Of a stretch of DNA of 25,338 nucleotides, positions 1 through 9,600 are shown piece after piece. This DNA is from Myxococcota bacterium (GTDB lineage Bacteria > Myxococcota_A > UBA796 > GCA-2862545): assembly GCA_039208735.1 (NCBI GenBank), contig JBCCQY010000139.1, positions 1 to 25,338 of the forward strand, in the 5' to 3' direction. The notes below the pieces were generated by a model. It saw only the letters and a program-made list of their open reading frames with translations, searched no databases and was not told the DNA's origin. The stretch's first letter is position 1; each line of letters starts with the position of its first letter. Both the position numbers and the translations under genes were made by a program.

Positions 1-2
1 AC

Positions 3-1328
3 GACCGCAAGGATTACTCCGAACTCGTCGACTTTCCTGTCGAAATCGTCGGGCGAGACGGTGTGGTGCGCCGCTACACCTTCGAAGACTCCATTCGCCT
101 GTACCAACGCCGAATTACGTTCGCACCAATTCGGTATCGGGACAACGATCTGGTCCGGGCTGAAGTGAATCATTGCCGATCGCGCATCGACCAACTTCGC
201 CGAAGCTACTTCCACCGTTACGGCTGGGGTACACCCGACGGCCAGACTTCGGTTGAGGAAACATTCGGCGATCTGGCTGGAGAACTGGCGGCATTCCTCT
301 GCCGGGTGCTCAATTCAGAAGGCCGACCTGAGATCCAGTTCGACTCCATCGAAGCAGAAAATGACGGAGTCTCGACCTGGTACGTGACGCACGATCCCAA
401 CAACAGTGGAATGATCCTGTACTTCCACCGTTTCGAAGGGGTGCGCGCGGACCAAATCCGTGAGCGGTTCTTCTCTTCGCTAAAGGCCTTCGAGCGCATG
501 GGCCGATCGATGGGCGATGCGGAGCGCCTGATCGCCTTCCACCACACGGTGGACTGCGGCTTCGTGCTCACAGGCCGAGGCGCCGACCATTCGTCGATCG
601 TCCGGGTCAAAGAAGACTCCCGGCCGGTCGACCTCGCCCCCACCCCTTGGGATGAGCTGCTCGAGATCATCCGCAAAGGCGACTACGAAGCCGGACTCCG
701 ACGCTGCAAGGAGTTGGTCGCCGAACAGCCCTACCACCGCAATGCGTACGTCGCGGGCTCGATGTTGGGCGCCTTCCTGGGAGAACACCTCGACGGCGAG
801 GACCTTGCCCTTGTAGGTACGAGGTACTTCCCCGAGGATGGGTCCCTCCACTACTACTTGGGGCTGTGTCGGTCCCGACAGGGCCGCGGCGACGAAGCCG
901 AAACCGCGCTTCGACGAGCCCTCGAGCTGTCTCCCGATCTTGTGAGCGCCCGAACCGTTCTCGTCGTCCACTACGTCCAGGCTCGGCGCTACCGCGACGC
1001 CCTCGACGTACTCACAGCCCGACGAGAGGTCGATCCCGACGACCGGCGGGCCGACGCCGACCTGGCCCATCTCGAACATTGGATTCGCTGGCGAGGTTGG
1101 GCGTGGGTCCTCGGGCTGTGCCTCGGCGTCATTGGGGTCGGAGCCACCTGGCAAATCGGCCTCGCAGGTCTTGTCGTCGTGCTGTTGGGTGCGTTCGTCG
1201 CGGGTCTGGGCTGGTTTGCTTTCCAACGCCAACTCGACGCGATTGTGGCGCGCCAACGGTTTGAAGAGATCAGCCAAGGACTGCGCCGACTCACTCGCAA
1301 CACCCGCGCTGACCCCCTCGTGAGCTAA
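3..1328 (+). CDS. TPR-containing membrane protein of unknown function, 5' end outside the window
   Basis: The frame is open from base 3 (DRKDYSELVDFPVEIVGRDGVVRR...). Central TPR-like repeats (e.g. LHYYLGLCRSRQGRGDEAETALRRALELSPD) are followed by two C-terminal hydrophobic helices. TAA stop at 1326-1328. Confidence 0.75.
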   Translation, partial: DRKDYSELVDFPVEIVGRDGVVRRYTFEDSIRLYQRRITFAPIRYRDNDLVRAEVNHCRSRIDQLRRSYFHRYGWGTPDGQTSVEETFGDLAGELAAFLCRVLNSEGRPEIQFDSIEAENDGVSTWYVTHDPNNSGMILYFHRFEGVRADQIRERFFSSLKAFERMGRSMGDAERLIAFHHTVDCGFVLTGRGADHSSIVRVKEDSRPVDLAPTPWDELLEIIRKGDYEAGLRRCKELVAEQPYHRNAYVAGSMLGAFLGEHLDGEDLALVGTRYFPEDGSLHYYLGLCRSRQGRGDEAETALRRALELSPDLVSARTVLVVHYVQARRYRDALDVLTARREVDPDDRRADADLAHLEHWIRWRGWAWVLGLCLGVIGVGATWQIGLAGLVVVLLGAFVAGLGWFAFQRQLDAIVARQRFEEISQGLRRLTRNTRADPLVS

Positions 1329-1348
1329 TCGTGCACGGGGTGGAGCCC

Positions 1349-1376
1349 TTGCCGTCGTGGCCCTCGCGATTAGGGT
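1349..1376 (+). promoter_or_regulatory. Putative sigma70-type promoter for grpE (TTGCCG-N16-TAGGGT)
   Basis: Hexamers read directly in the intergenic gap, 19 nt upstream of the ATG. Confidence 0.35.
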
Positions 1377-1395
1377 CGGGGCATCTGGAGGTTCC

Positions 1396-2016
1396 ATGAG
1401 CGGGGTGGATAAGCCCACGGACCAAACCGACGGTGAGAAGACGCAGCCCATCGACGCTGCGCCGGCCGCGGATGGACTCAACGTGACCGACGATGATGAA
1501 CTCGACCGCACCGAAGAACTGACCCCAGAAAAGCAGCGCCTTCGTGACCTCGAAGGCCAGCTTTCGGAGGCTCAGGCTCGCCTGCGTGCCGTGTCGAAGA
1601 AGTACACGGAATTGGAAGGAGACAACAAGGCTTTCCGCGAACGCATGGAGGCCCGGGCCAAAGTCGATGCCGAACAGCGCGCCTTCACCATGGCCAAAGC
1701 GTTCTTCGATCCGGTGATGAACCTGCAACGCTCGCTCGAGAACGCCCCGGCGGGGGACTTCGGGCAGGGTTTGCAGATGGTCAATCGGCAGTTCATGGAA
1801 GCGTTGCGCAAGCTCGGTCTTGAAGAGGTGCCCGGCGTCGGTGCCCCCTTCGATCCCACGGTTCATGAAGCGCTGGCCATCACACCCGTGACCGACCCCG
1901 AGCAGGACGGCAAGGTGCTCGTCGTCCATCAGAACGGTTTCGTGGTCAAGGGCAAGGTCTTGCAGGCCGCACAGGTCGTGATTGGCAAGCTGCAGGACGC
2001 GGCTGGCGACGCCTGA
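1396..2016 (+). CDS. grpE: Nucleotide exchange factor GrpE
   Basis: GGAGG SD before ATG 1396. Acidic N-terminus and coiled coil, then GrpE signatures GAPFDPTVHEA and QNGFVVKGKVLQAAQVVI. Confidence 0.92.
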   Translation: MSGVDKPTDQTDGEKTQPIDAAPAADGLNVTDDDELDRTEELTPEKQRLRDLEGQLSEAQARLRAVSKKYTELEGDNKAFRERMEARAKVDAEQRAFTMAKAFFDPVMNLQRSLENAPAGDFGQGLQMVNRQFMEALRKLGLEEVPGVGAPFDPTVHEALAITPVTDPEQDGKVLVVHQNGFVVKGKVLQAAQVVIGKLQDAAGDA

Positions 2017-2020
2017 CCAC

Positions 2021-3250
2021 GTGGAGCGCGTCCAAGCCCGTCGCATCTTCGTTCTGTCCGGCGCGCTCGTCGTGGTTTCGGGGTTTCTCGCCTACGACCC
2101 CCCGGCACGGCCCGCCGAACGGACCGAGGTGTACCAGCCACCGGCGCGCATCGATCGCATCGAGATCGAGCACAACCACGAACAGACCGTGCTCGTGCAT
2201 CGAAACGACCTTTGGTGGGTGGGCGGTGCGGTAAACCAGGCCGCTGACGAACTCGAGGTCCGTCGCCTCGTCGATGCGCTCAACGCGCTCCAATTCGCCG
2301 ACGCGGTGAGCGTTCCGAACGGCGTCGACCCGACCGAGTTCGGGCTTGGGGATCCGCCTTGGGCCCGCCTGACCATCGAAGGGCCCGAAGGCTCGCAGCG
2401 CATCGACCTAGGGTCTTCCGCCGAGGTGGGCTTCCGCAGCTATGTGCGGGGCCCCGATGGAGCGATCCTGGTCGCCCGCGCAGGCCCTCACGGCGTTGTC
2501 GGGCAGCCCCCGGAGGCCTTCGCAGATCGTCGGCTGTCGGCCTGGCCCACCGAGCGCATCACGCAAGTCGATCGGAGTGGCCCCGATGGCGAGTGGTCGA
2601 TCGTACGGCGGGAGGCCGACATTCTGGTGGCTCGCCAATGGCGAGGCGACGCGGAACGTGTCGACGCTTGGCTTCGTGCTTGGACGTCGGTCCGGATTGC
2701 TCCCGGCCCCTTTGGAGGTCCGCCAGCGGGCTCTCTCACCCTGTGGCTCGGGACCGAGCCCTTGCGGGTGGACTTTGCGCCGGGAAGCGACGGCGGCACC
2801 CAGTTGTCGCTGTCGGACGGGCGAACCGGCACCGCAGCCCTCGAGTCCACCCTCATGACCCTCAAACCCGCCACCTTGGCTGCACGATCCCTGCTTGGGA
2901 TCGACCGAGCCGCAACCGATGCGGTGTCCCTGACCTTGGGTCGTACGGAATGGACGGGCCGTCGGAACGGCCCGGCGTGGACCTCCAACCTCGGTGAAAG
3001 CAGGAGCTGGGACGTGGTGAGTGCGTTGGCGACCCTCTCCCAAGCCCCTCCACCGCCCGGGGCTCGCAAACGGCCGCCGACCCGACCGTGGGGACAGATC
3101 ACAACCCTTCAGGACGGCCAGTCCCGTACCGTGCTCGTCGACCGAGACCGACGTGGCGTCCACCTCGCTTGGTGGCCCGAGGCCACGGTCCCCGTGGCGG
3201 TACCGGCGAAAGAACTCGATGAGGTCTTACGCGAGCTCGAAGGGGAGTAG
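2021..3250 (+). CDS. DUF4340-like membrane-anchored protein
   Basis: N-terminal TM helix and the pattern AD...VRRLVDAL...EFGLGDP...IDLGS...SYVR typical of DUF4340. The GTG start 4 nt after the grpE stop is inferred. Confidence 0.65.
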   Translation: MERVQARRIFVLSGALVVVSGFLAYDPPARPAERTEVYQPPARIDRIEIEHNHEQTVLVHRNDLWWVGGAVNQAADELEVRRLVDALNALQFADAVSVPNGVDPTEFGLGDPPWARLTIEGPEGSQRIDLGSSAEVGFRSYVRGPDGAILVARAGPHGVVGQPPEAFADRRLSAWPTERITQVDRSGPDGEWSIVRREADILVARQWRGDAERVDAWLRAWTSVRIAPGPFGGPPAGSLTLWLGTEPLRVDFAPGSDGGTQLSLSDGRTGTAALESTLMTLKPATLAARSLLGIDRAATDAVSLTLGRTEWTGRRNGPAWTSNLGESRSWDVVSALATLSQAPPPPGARKRPPTRPWGQITTLQDGQSRTVLVDRDRRGVHLAWWPEATVPVAVPAKELDEVLRELEGE

Positions 3251-3320
3251 CAAAGACCGATCGGGTGTCATGAGGCAGAGGAGCGAGGTATCCTCCCGCT
3301 CGTTCCCCCCGGACGGAGTC

Positions 3321-5603
3321 ATGTTGCTGTTCTTGACCGCCGTGCTGTCGATTCCTGCACTCGCTGCCCCCAACCGTTCGACGGTGGAGATCGGGTTGCC
3401 GCTCCGCAAGCTTGCGCTTGAGCTGCCCGAAGCCGTTCCTGACGCGTTTCGCGCCCGCGATCCCGATGCCGCACTGACCGCTCTCGCCGACCTCAAGATT
3501 GCCGAGCGCTCAGCGACCGAGCAAGCCGATCTCGCGTTCCTACGCGGGTGGGCAGCAATCCACAGCGAAGACGCGACCGCTGCTGCCAAGCTCATCGACC
3601 AACTCGACGCCATCGGCGATTCCTCGGCTCCTGAGCCGTACCGAGCATTGGTCCAGGGCGAGGTCCTGCGGGCGGCAGGTGAGCCACAAAAGGCCCTTAA
3701 ATACCTGAAGGTCGTCGGCAGTGAGTCCACGCTCTACCCTCGGGCGGCGGCAGCGGCGGCCGAGTCGTTGCGCGGCCTGGATCGCACCAAGGAGGCCATC
3801 GGCCGACTCGAAGATACCGTCTCGAGACCGGACCCGGCCGATGGCAATGCGGAAGCACTGCTCGCCCTGGCCGAACTGAAGGGCGTCGAAACCGACGATG
3901 GTTACACGCTGCTCCGCCGCTTGTGGACGTACTACCCCACGACATCAGCTTCGGACCTCGCCAAGCAGCATCTTTCCCAGCACCACAAAGGCCGCAAGCC
4001 CACGCTGGAGGAAGTCGGTCGACGGGCCGAACGCTGGATGCGTTCCGGCGAATACGACAATGCCTTGCTGGTGAGTGAACCGGTCAAGGATAAGGCGTCT
4101 GCCGAGAACGCCGATGCGTGCCGGATTCGCTTCGTACGAGGACGAAGCGCGTACAAGCGGAACCGGCTTTCGCAATCCATCCAAGAGTTTGGGGACATCG
4201 GGCGCCAATGTGCCGACGTGAGTGGCGCGTTTGGGCCGAGCGGCCTCTACCTCATCGGAACGGCCCAGTTCCGCCGTAAGGAGTACCAAGCCTCGGCCGA
4301 TGCGTACGCGCAACTCGTGGAGCTGTATTCGGGCTCGACGATGGCCGACGACGCCTTGACCCGCGGGGGCATCTCGCTGCTGGAAGGCGGACAGGTCGAA
4401 GCGGCTCGAGCCTTGTGGGAACGCGCGTTGACCGAGTTCTCCGATGGCGACACGGTCCCCGAAGCGACGTTGCGCCTCGCCTTCGCAAAGTACGACGAGG
4501 GAGACACTGCCGATGCGATTCGCATCGCGGAAAAGCTCGCGGAGTTGCCCAAGTCCGGCAATGCCGTGCACATCGAGTCCGGGCGCTATTGGGCCGCGCG
4601 GTGGCGCTACTTCCCCGACCGCGACAATCCCACGACCCCCAACTCCGATGAGGCCGCTCGTGCAGAGGCCATCGAGCGGTGGGTCACGTTGTGCCGCGAT
4701 TACCCGCACAGCTTCTATGCGCTTCTCGCGACGTCCCGACTCCGGGAACTCGCTCCCGATCAGGCCACCGCCCTCGATCAGCGGCCCACGGACCACACCA
4801 CCGGGGCCGACCAGAAGCCCTGGCACGTGCGCTACAAGTGGCTCACCGAACCGGCCGTGCGTGACGGTATTGCGCTGATGCGGCTTGGCCTCGTCAACGA
4901 AGCTCAGGCCGAACTCGCGCGATCACACCCGCTGACCTGGCAAACGGAAGAGATGGCGTTCATCACCGAACTGCGCATCGCGGCCGGCGACTGGTTGCTC
5001 GCGCACGATGACCTTCGAGCCTGGATCATCGACCATCCGCTGACCACGTTGGGCGACCGCGAGGCTCAGATCATCCGCTTGGCGTATCCGGACCGGTACT
5101 ACGACGAAGTCCTCGGCAACGTAAAGTCGGACTACCGCTACGACCCCCGGTTGTTCCACGCGCTCGTCCGCGAAGAGTCGAATTTCAATCGGGAGATCGT
5201 ATCGTTCGCAGGAGCGCGTGGGCTAAGCCAGCTCATGTGGGCCACGGCGAAGCAGACCGCGGGATGGCTCGGCATGACGTTGCCGAACAAGGCGGTGCTG
5301 TTCCAGCCCAACACCAACCTCAAGATTGGTGGGCGCTACCTCGACGCGATGCACAAGCAGTTGTCAGACAGCCCATTCCTTGCGCTTGCCGCCTACAATG
5401 GTGGAGCCACCAACGTGAAGCGTTGGGTGGCAGCCCACGACAATCCACCTACGGACGAATGGGTCGAACGCGTCCCCTTCCGTGAAACGCGAGGCTACAT
5501 CAAACGTGTGATGGGGACCTGGCAGACCATGCGCTACCACTTCGACGTAGAAAAGAACGCGTACGCCGACCTTTCGAAGTTCAACCACGAGGCCATGCCG
5601 TGA
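3321..5603 (+). CDS. slt: Soluble lytic transglycosylase (SLT domain) with N-terminal TPR-like superhelix
   Basis: Signal peptide MLLFLTAVLSIPALAA. SLT motifs REESNF (catalytic Glu), GARGLSQLM, AAYNGG and ETRGYIKRV. GGAG lies just upstream of ATG 3321. Confidence 0.88.
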   Translation: MLLFLTAVLSIPALAAPNRSTVEIGLPLRKLALELPEAVPDAFRARDPDAALTALADLKIAERSATEQADLAFLRGWAAIHSEDATAAAKLIDQLDAIGDSSAPEPYRALVQGEVLRAAGEPQKALKYLKVVGSESTLYPRAAAAAAESLRGLDRTKEAIGRLEDTVSRPDPADGNAEALLALAELKGVETDDGYTLLRRLWTYYPTTSASDLAKQHLSQHHKGRKPTLEEVGRRAERWMRSGEYDNALLVSEPVKDKASAENADACRIRFVRGRSAYKRNRLSQSIQEFGDIGRQCADVSGAFGPSGLYLIGTAQFRRKEYQASADAYAQLVELYSGSTMADDALTRGGISLLEGGQVEAARALWERALTEFSDGDTVPEATLRLAFAKYDEGDTADAIRIAEKLAELPKSGNAVHIESGRYWAARWRYFPDRDNPTTPNSDEAARAEAIERWVTLCRDYPHSFYALLATSRLRELAPDQATALDQRPTDHTTGADQKPWHVRYKWLTEPAVRDGIALMRLGLVNEAQAELARSHPLTWQTEEMAFITELRIAAGDWLLAHDDLRAWIIDHPLTTLGDREAQIIRLAYPDRYYDEVLGNVKSDYRYDPRLFHALVREESNFNREIVSFAGARGLSQLMWATAKQTAGWLGMTLPNKAVLFQPNTNLKIGGRYLDAMHKQLSDSPFLALAAYNGGATNVKRWVAAHDNPPTDEWVERVPFRETRGYIKRVMGTWQTMRYHFDVEKNAYADLSKFNHEAMP

Positions 5604-5992
5604 CCGATTTCGAGCGGCTTGGTGGTCAGGCAGGCGTCGACCGCATCCTGACCACGTTTGTGGACCGCATGCGGGGCGATTTCATCATCGGGTTCCTGTT
5701 TGAAGGACGCGACCGCGATCGCATCCTGAAGCACGAAATCGAACTTGCGTCAGCTCATCTTGGAGGGCCCAAGGGCTACACCGGTCGGTCGCTCGGCATG
5801 GTGCATGCTCCGCTACGGATCCTGCGAGGGCAGTTTCAACGTCGTATGGCGGTGTTGAAGAAGGTGCTGACCGAACACGACGTGCCCAACGACATCATGG
5901 CGCGTTGGGTGGCCCATGACAGCGCCCTGGAATCCGTGGTGTCGGAACCCATCGATTGCGTGCCGCCTCCCTCACGGCCCGAGAATCGATAG
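5600..5992 (+). CDS. Group I (N-type) truncated hemoglobin
   Basis: FERLGG start, LGGPKGYTGR motif and proximal His in VHAPL. GTGA overlap with the slt stop. Confidence 0.85.
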   Translation: MTDFERLGGQAGVDRILTTFVDRMRGDFIIGFLFEGRDRDRILKHEIELASAHLGGPKGYTGRSLGMVHAPLRILRGQFQRRMAVLKKVLTEHDVPNDIMARWVAHDSALESVVSEPIDCVPPPSRPENR

Positions 5993-6337
5993 CGTGCCCC
6001 GTTGGGCGGCGGTGTACTCCAGCCACTCCGCCATGCCGAACCCCAGTTCATAGGCGACTCGGTCATCGACCTCCGCCAGAGCCTGCTCCCGAAGCAGACG
6101 GGCCAGATGGGTGATTCGCTCTCGGTCGATCGACTCATAAAAGCCGTACAGGTCGAATGGCATGCCAAACGCCTGAGAAGCAGGACCCACGAGAATCTTG
6201 AAAGGTTCAACCGTGAAAAATAGCGAATCGTCGTGCCAATGAGTGTTTTGAAAGGGACCGGGTTGGAATTCCGTCCAGCCCCCAGATTTCATTCCGGTTT
6301 TGATGAACTCAGCTGGAGCCGGCACGTGGCTAGCCAT
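5972..6337 (-). CDS. Hypothetical protein (121 aa)
   Basis: Protein-like composition with aromatic motifs EFQPGPF..HWHDDSLF, FDLYG and EWL...LSILG. Its start overlaps the stop of the upstream ORF. The DNA is visibly more AT-rich than the flanks. Confidence 0.65.
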   Translation of the reverse strand: MASHVPAPAEFIKTGMKSGGWTEFQPGPFQNTHWHDDSLFFTVEPFKILVGPASQAFGMPFDLYGFYESIDRERITHLARLLREQALAEVDDRVAYELGFGMAEWLEYTAAQRGTLSILGP

Positions 6338-6596
6338 GCGGTATCGTCGAAGAGGAACCGGCAAAAAGGGGAGCGATAGCTCTACGATCCGACCCGCATC
6401 GCGCGCGGACTCCAGCGCCTTCGAAGGTCACGCCCGGGCCATCGCGCCACCATACCCAGATTTCGCCGTCGACTTCGATCGCACCGCGTTCCTCGGGCCG
6501 CGGCAGATTCCCAACCGACGCGTCGAGTGCGTTCAACAACCGATTCTGCAGGTCCACATACGCCTGAAGCAATTCGGCGGACAGCTTTCGGCTCAT
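6330..6596 (-). CDS. Small hypothetical protein (88 aa), possibly truncated
   Basis: ATG 6596 preceded by AAGG. Helical N-terminus then RGAIEVDGEIWVWWRDGPGVTF. 8-bp overlap with the next ORF. Confidence 0.45.
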   Translation of the reverse strand: MSRKLSAELLQAYVDLQNRLLNALDASVGNLPRPEERGAIEVDGEIWVWWRDGPGVTFEGAGVRARCGSDRRAIAPLFAGSSSTIPHG

Positions 6597-6681
6597 CGGA
6601 TCGCCTTGGATCGGGACTCTGCGGACAGATCGTGGCCCCCCGCAACAGTAGACTAGGACTTCGCCTGTGGAGCGACCGGCC

Positions 6682-9600
6682 ATGTCATTCGTGCACCTTC
6701 ACGTGCATTCTCAATTCTCGATCCTCGACGGCACGCCAACCGTCGGGGCCCTTGCCGAGCGCGCGGCTTCGCTCGGCATGCCTGCCTTAGCGCTGACCGA
6801 CGTGGCCAACCTCTACGGGGCCGTGCAGTTCCATAAGGCGTGCAAGAAGTCCGACGTCAAGCCCATTCTTGGGGCCGAGCTGCACGTTCAGCCCGAAGGC
6901 ATCGACCACGAAGATCCGAATCGCGAAGAGGGTGGCTACCAGATCATCGCGCTCGTCGAAAACGAAGCGGGCTACCACAACCTCTGTAAGCTCGTCACGC
7001 GCGGCATCTTCGATGGCATGCACTACAAGCCGCGCGTCGCCGTCGAGTGGCTCCACGAGCTGTCGGAAGGGCTCATCGTCCTCACCGCAGGACTCAAGGG
7101 GGTGGTGGGCCGTACCCTCACCCGTTCCGGTCCTGATGCCACGGAGGCCGCGGTGGCGGCCCTTCAGGCGGGCCTCGGTCCCGATCAGCTCTACCTCGAG
7201 CTTCAAGACCACGGACTCCCGGGCCAGGTCGAGCTGAACGAACATGTCCGCGCACTGTCCGCGAAGCTGAGCGTTCCGCTGGTGGTCACCAACGCCGTGC
7301 ACTACCTCGACGCGCAAGACAGCGCCGTTCATGAGCTGCTGAACGCGATTTCCGCCGGTTGCAGCATGCGCGACGACCGCCGATTCGATGCCCCGACCGA
7401 CCAGGCGTACTTCAAGACCGAAGACGAGATGCGGGAGTTGTTTCCCGATGACGGCGAGGCCATTGAGCGCACGGCGATCATCGCCGAGCGCTGCAACTTT
7501 GAATTCGAGTACGGCAACTACCACTTTCCCGCGACCACGCCGCCTGACGTCAGCGAGTCCGACCCGCAGCCCGATACCGACGCCAACTGGGCCTACTTCT
7601 ATGAAGCGTTCCCTCCGGCAAAGGACTGGGGACTGCCGATCGACGGCACCATTCCTCCCAAGCCCGATGGCGCGGGCAACATCAACGGCTACTTCCGTTG
7701 GTACGCCAAACGAGGCCTCGAGGTTCGCCTTGAACGCATCGATCCGGCGATGCACGGCGAGTACTGGGATCGGCTCGAACACGAGCTGAACATCGTCCTC
7801 AAGATGGGCTTTCCGGCCTACCTGCTCATCGTTGCCGAGTTTATCAACTGGTCCAAAGACAACCTGATTCCGGTGGGGCCAGGCCGTGGATCGGCTGCAG
7901 GTTCACTAGCCGCGTGGGCGATGCGCATTACCGACATCGACCCCATCCGGTATGGGCTGCTGTTCGAACGGTTCCTCAACCCCGAACGCGTCAGCATGCC
8001 CGACATCGACGTCGACTTCTGCCAGGACCGGCGTGAAGAAGCGATCGAACACGTCCGCGAAAAGTACGGCGCGCCCCTCGTTTCACAGATCATCACGTAC
8101 GGCACGCTGAAGGCGAAAGCGGCGGTGCGGGACGTGGCCCGTGTGCTCGACCTGTCGTTCACCGAAGCCGACCGCATCGCCAAGTTGGTTCCCGATCAGC
8201 TCGGCATCAAACTGAAGGACGCGCTAGCCCAAGAACCTCGGCTCCGGGCACTTCGAGACGGCGATCCCAAGGTCCGGAGAGTTCTCGACATGGCGCTCGC
8301 CATTGAGGGCACCACCCGCCAGACGGGCGTTCACGCGGCGGGGGTCGTCATCGCCGACCGTCCCCTCGTCGAGTACGCCCCGCTGTACCGCGACGAGCCT
8401 GAGGGTGGCCCCGTCGTCCAGTACGACATGAAGAGCGCCGAAGACATCGGACTCATCAAGTTCGACTTCCTCGGGCTCAAGACGCTCGACCAGATTCGTG
8501 ACGCCCTGGCGCTCATCGAGCAAAACCATGGCATTGCCCTCGACATGGAGGCGTTGCCCGACGACGATCCGACGACCTACCAGATGCTCGAAACGGGCGA
8601 CGCGCTCGGCGTCTTCCAGCTCGAGTCCAGCGGCATGCGCGAGTTGCTTACGCGGCTCAAGCCCTCCGACATCAACGACATGGTCGCACTCGTGGCCCTG
8701 TACCGGCCGGGGCCGTTGCAGTCGGGCATGACCGACGACTACGTCGAGCGGAAGCACGGTCGAACGGCCGTCACCTTCGCACTGCCCGAGCTTGAGCCGG
8801 TGCTGAAGAACACCTACGGCACCATCATCTACCAAGAGCAGGTGATGCAGATCGCCCAGGTCATGGCTGGGTACTCACTCGGTGAAGCCGACCTGCTTCG
8901 CCGCGCGATGGGCAAAAAGAAGCAGTCCGAGATGGACAAGCAGCGTGTCCGCTTCTTGTCGGGGTCCATTGAAAACAAGATCGATGAGGAAAAGGCGGCC
9001 GAGATCTTCGATCTCATGGCAAAGTTCGCCGCCTATGGCTTCAACAAGAGCCACAGTGCGGCCTACGGCTGGATTGCGTACCAGACCGCCTACCTGAAAG
9101 CCCACTACCGGCCCGAATACATGGCCGCATTGATGACGATCGAAGCGGCGAATACCGACAAGGTGCTCGCCTACGTACTCGATTGTCGTCGCGCCGGCAT
9201 CGAGGTCATGCCAGTCTCGGTCAACCATTCTGAGAAACACTTCTCCGTTCCCAAGCCCGCCGACCGGCCCCGCGATGAAGAGGGCAACGTGATCGATCAG
9301 ATCCGGTTTGGCCTTGCGGCGGTCAAGAACGTAGGGAGCGGCGCGATCGATGCCATCCTCGAAGCCCGTGCCGACGGCCCCTTCGAAGATGCCTTCGCGT
9401 TTTTTGAGCGCATCGATCACAGCAAAGTCAACAAACGCGTGGTCGAGAACCTCGTGAAGGCCGGTGCGTTCGATGTGTTTGGCATCCCTCGCCGGGCGCT
9501 CCTCGAGGGTCTGGAGGCCGCGGTCACCCTGGGGGCTCGAGCCCAACGCGACCGTGAGGCAGGTCAGATCGGACTATTCGCGGGGTCCCCCAAAAGCCCC

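Noticed and set aside
3021..3320. Upstream extension of the slt ORF
   Set aside because: It overlaps the DUF4340-like gene; the signal peptide and SD support ATG 3321.
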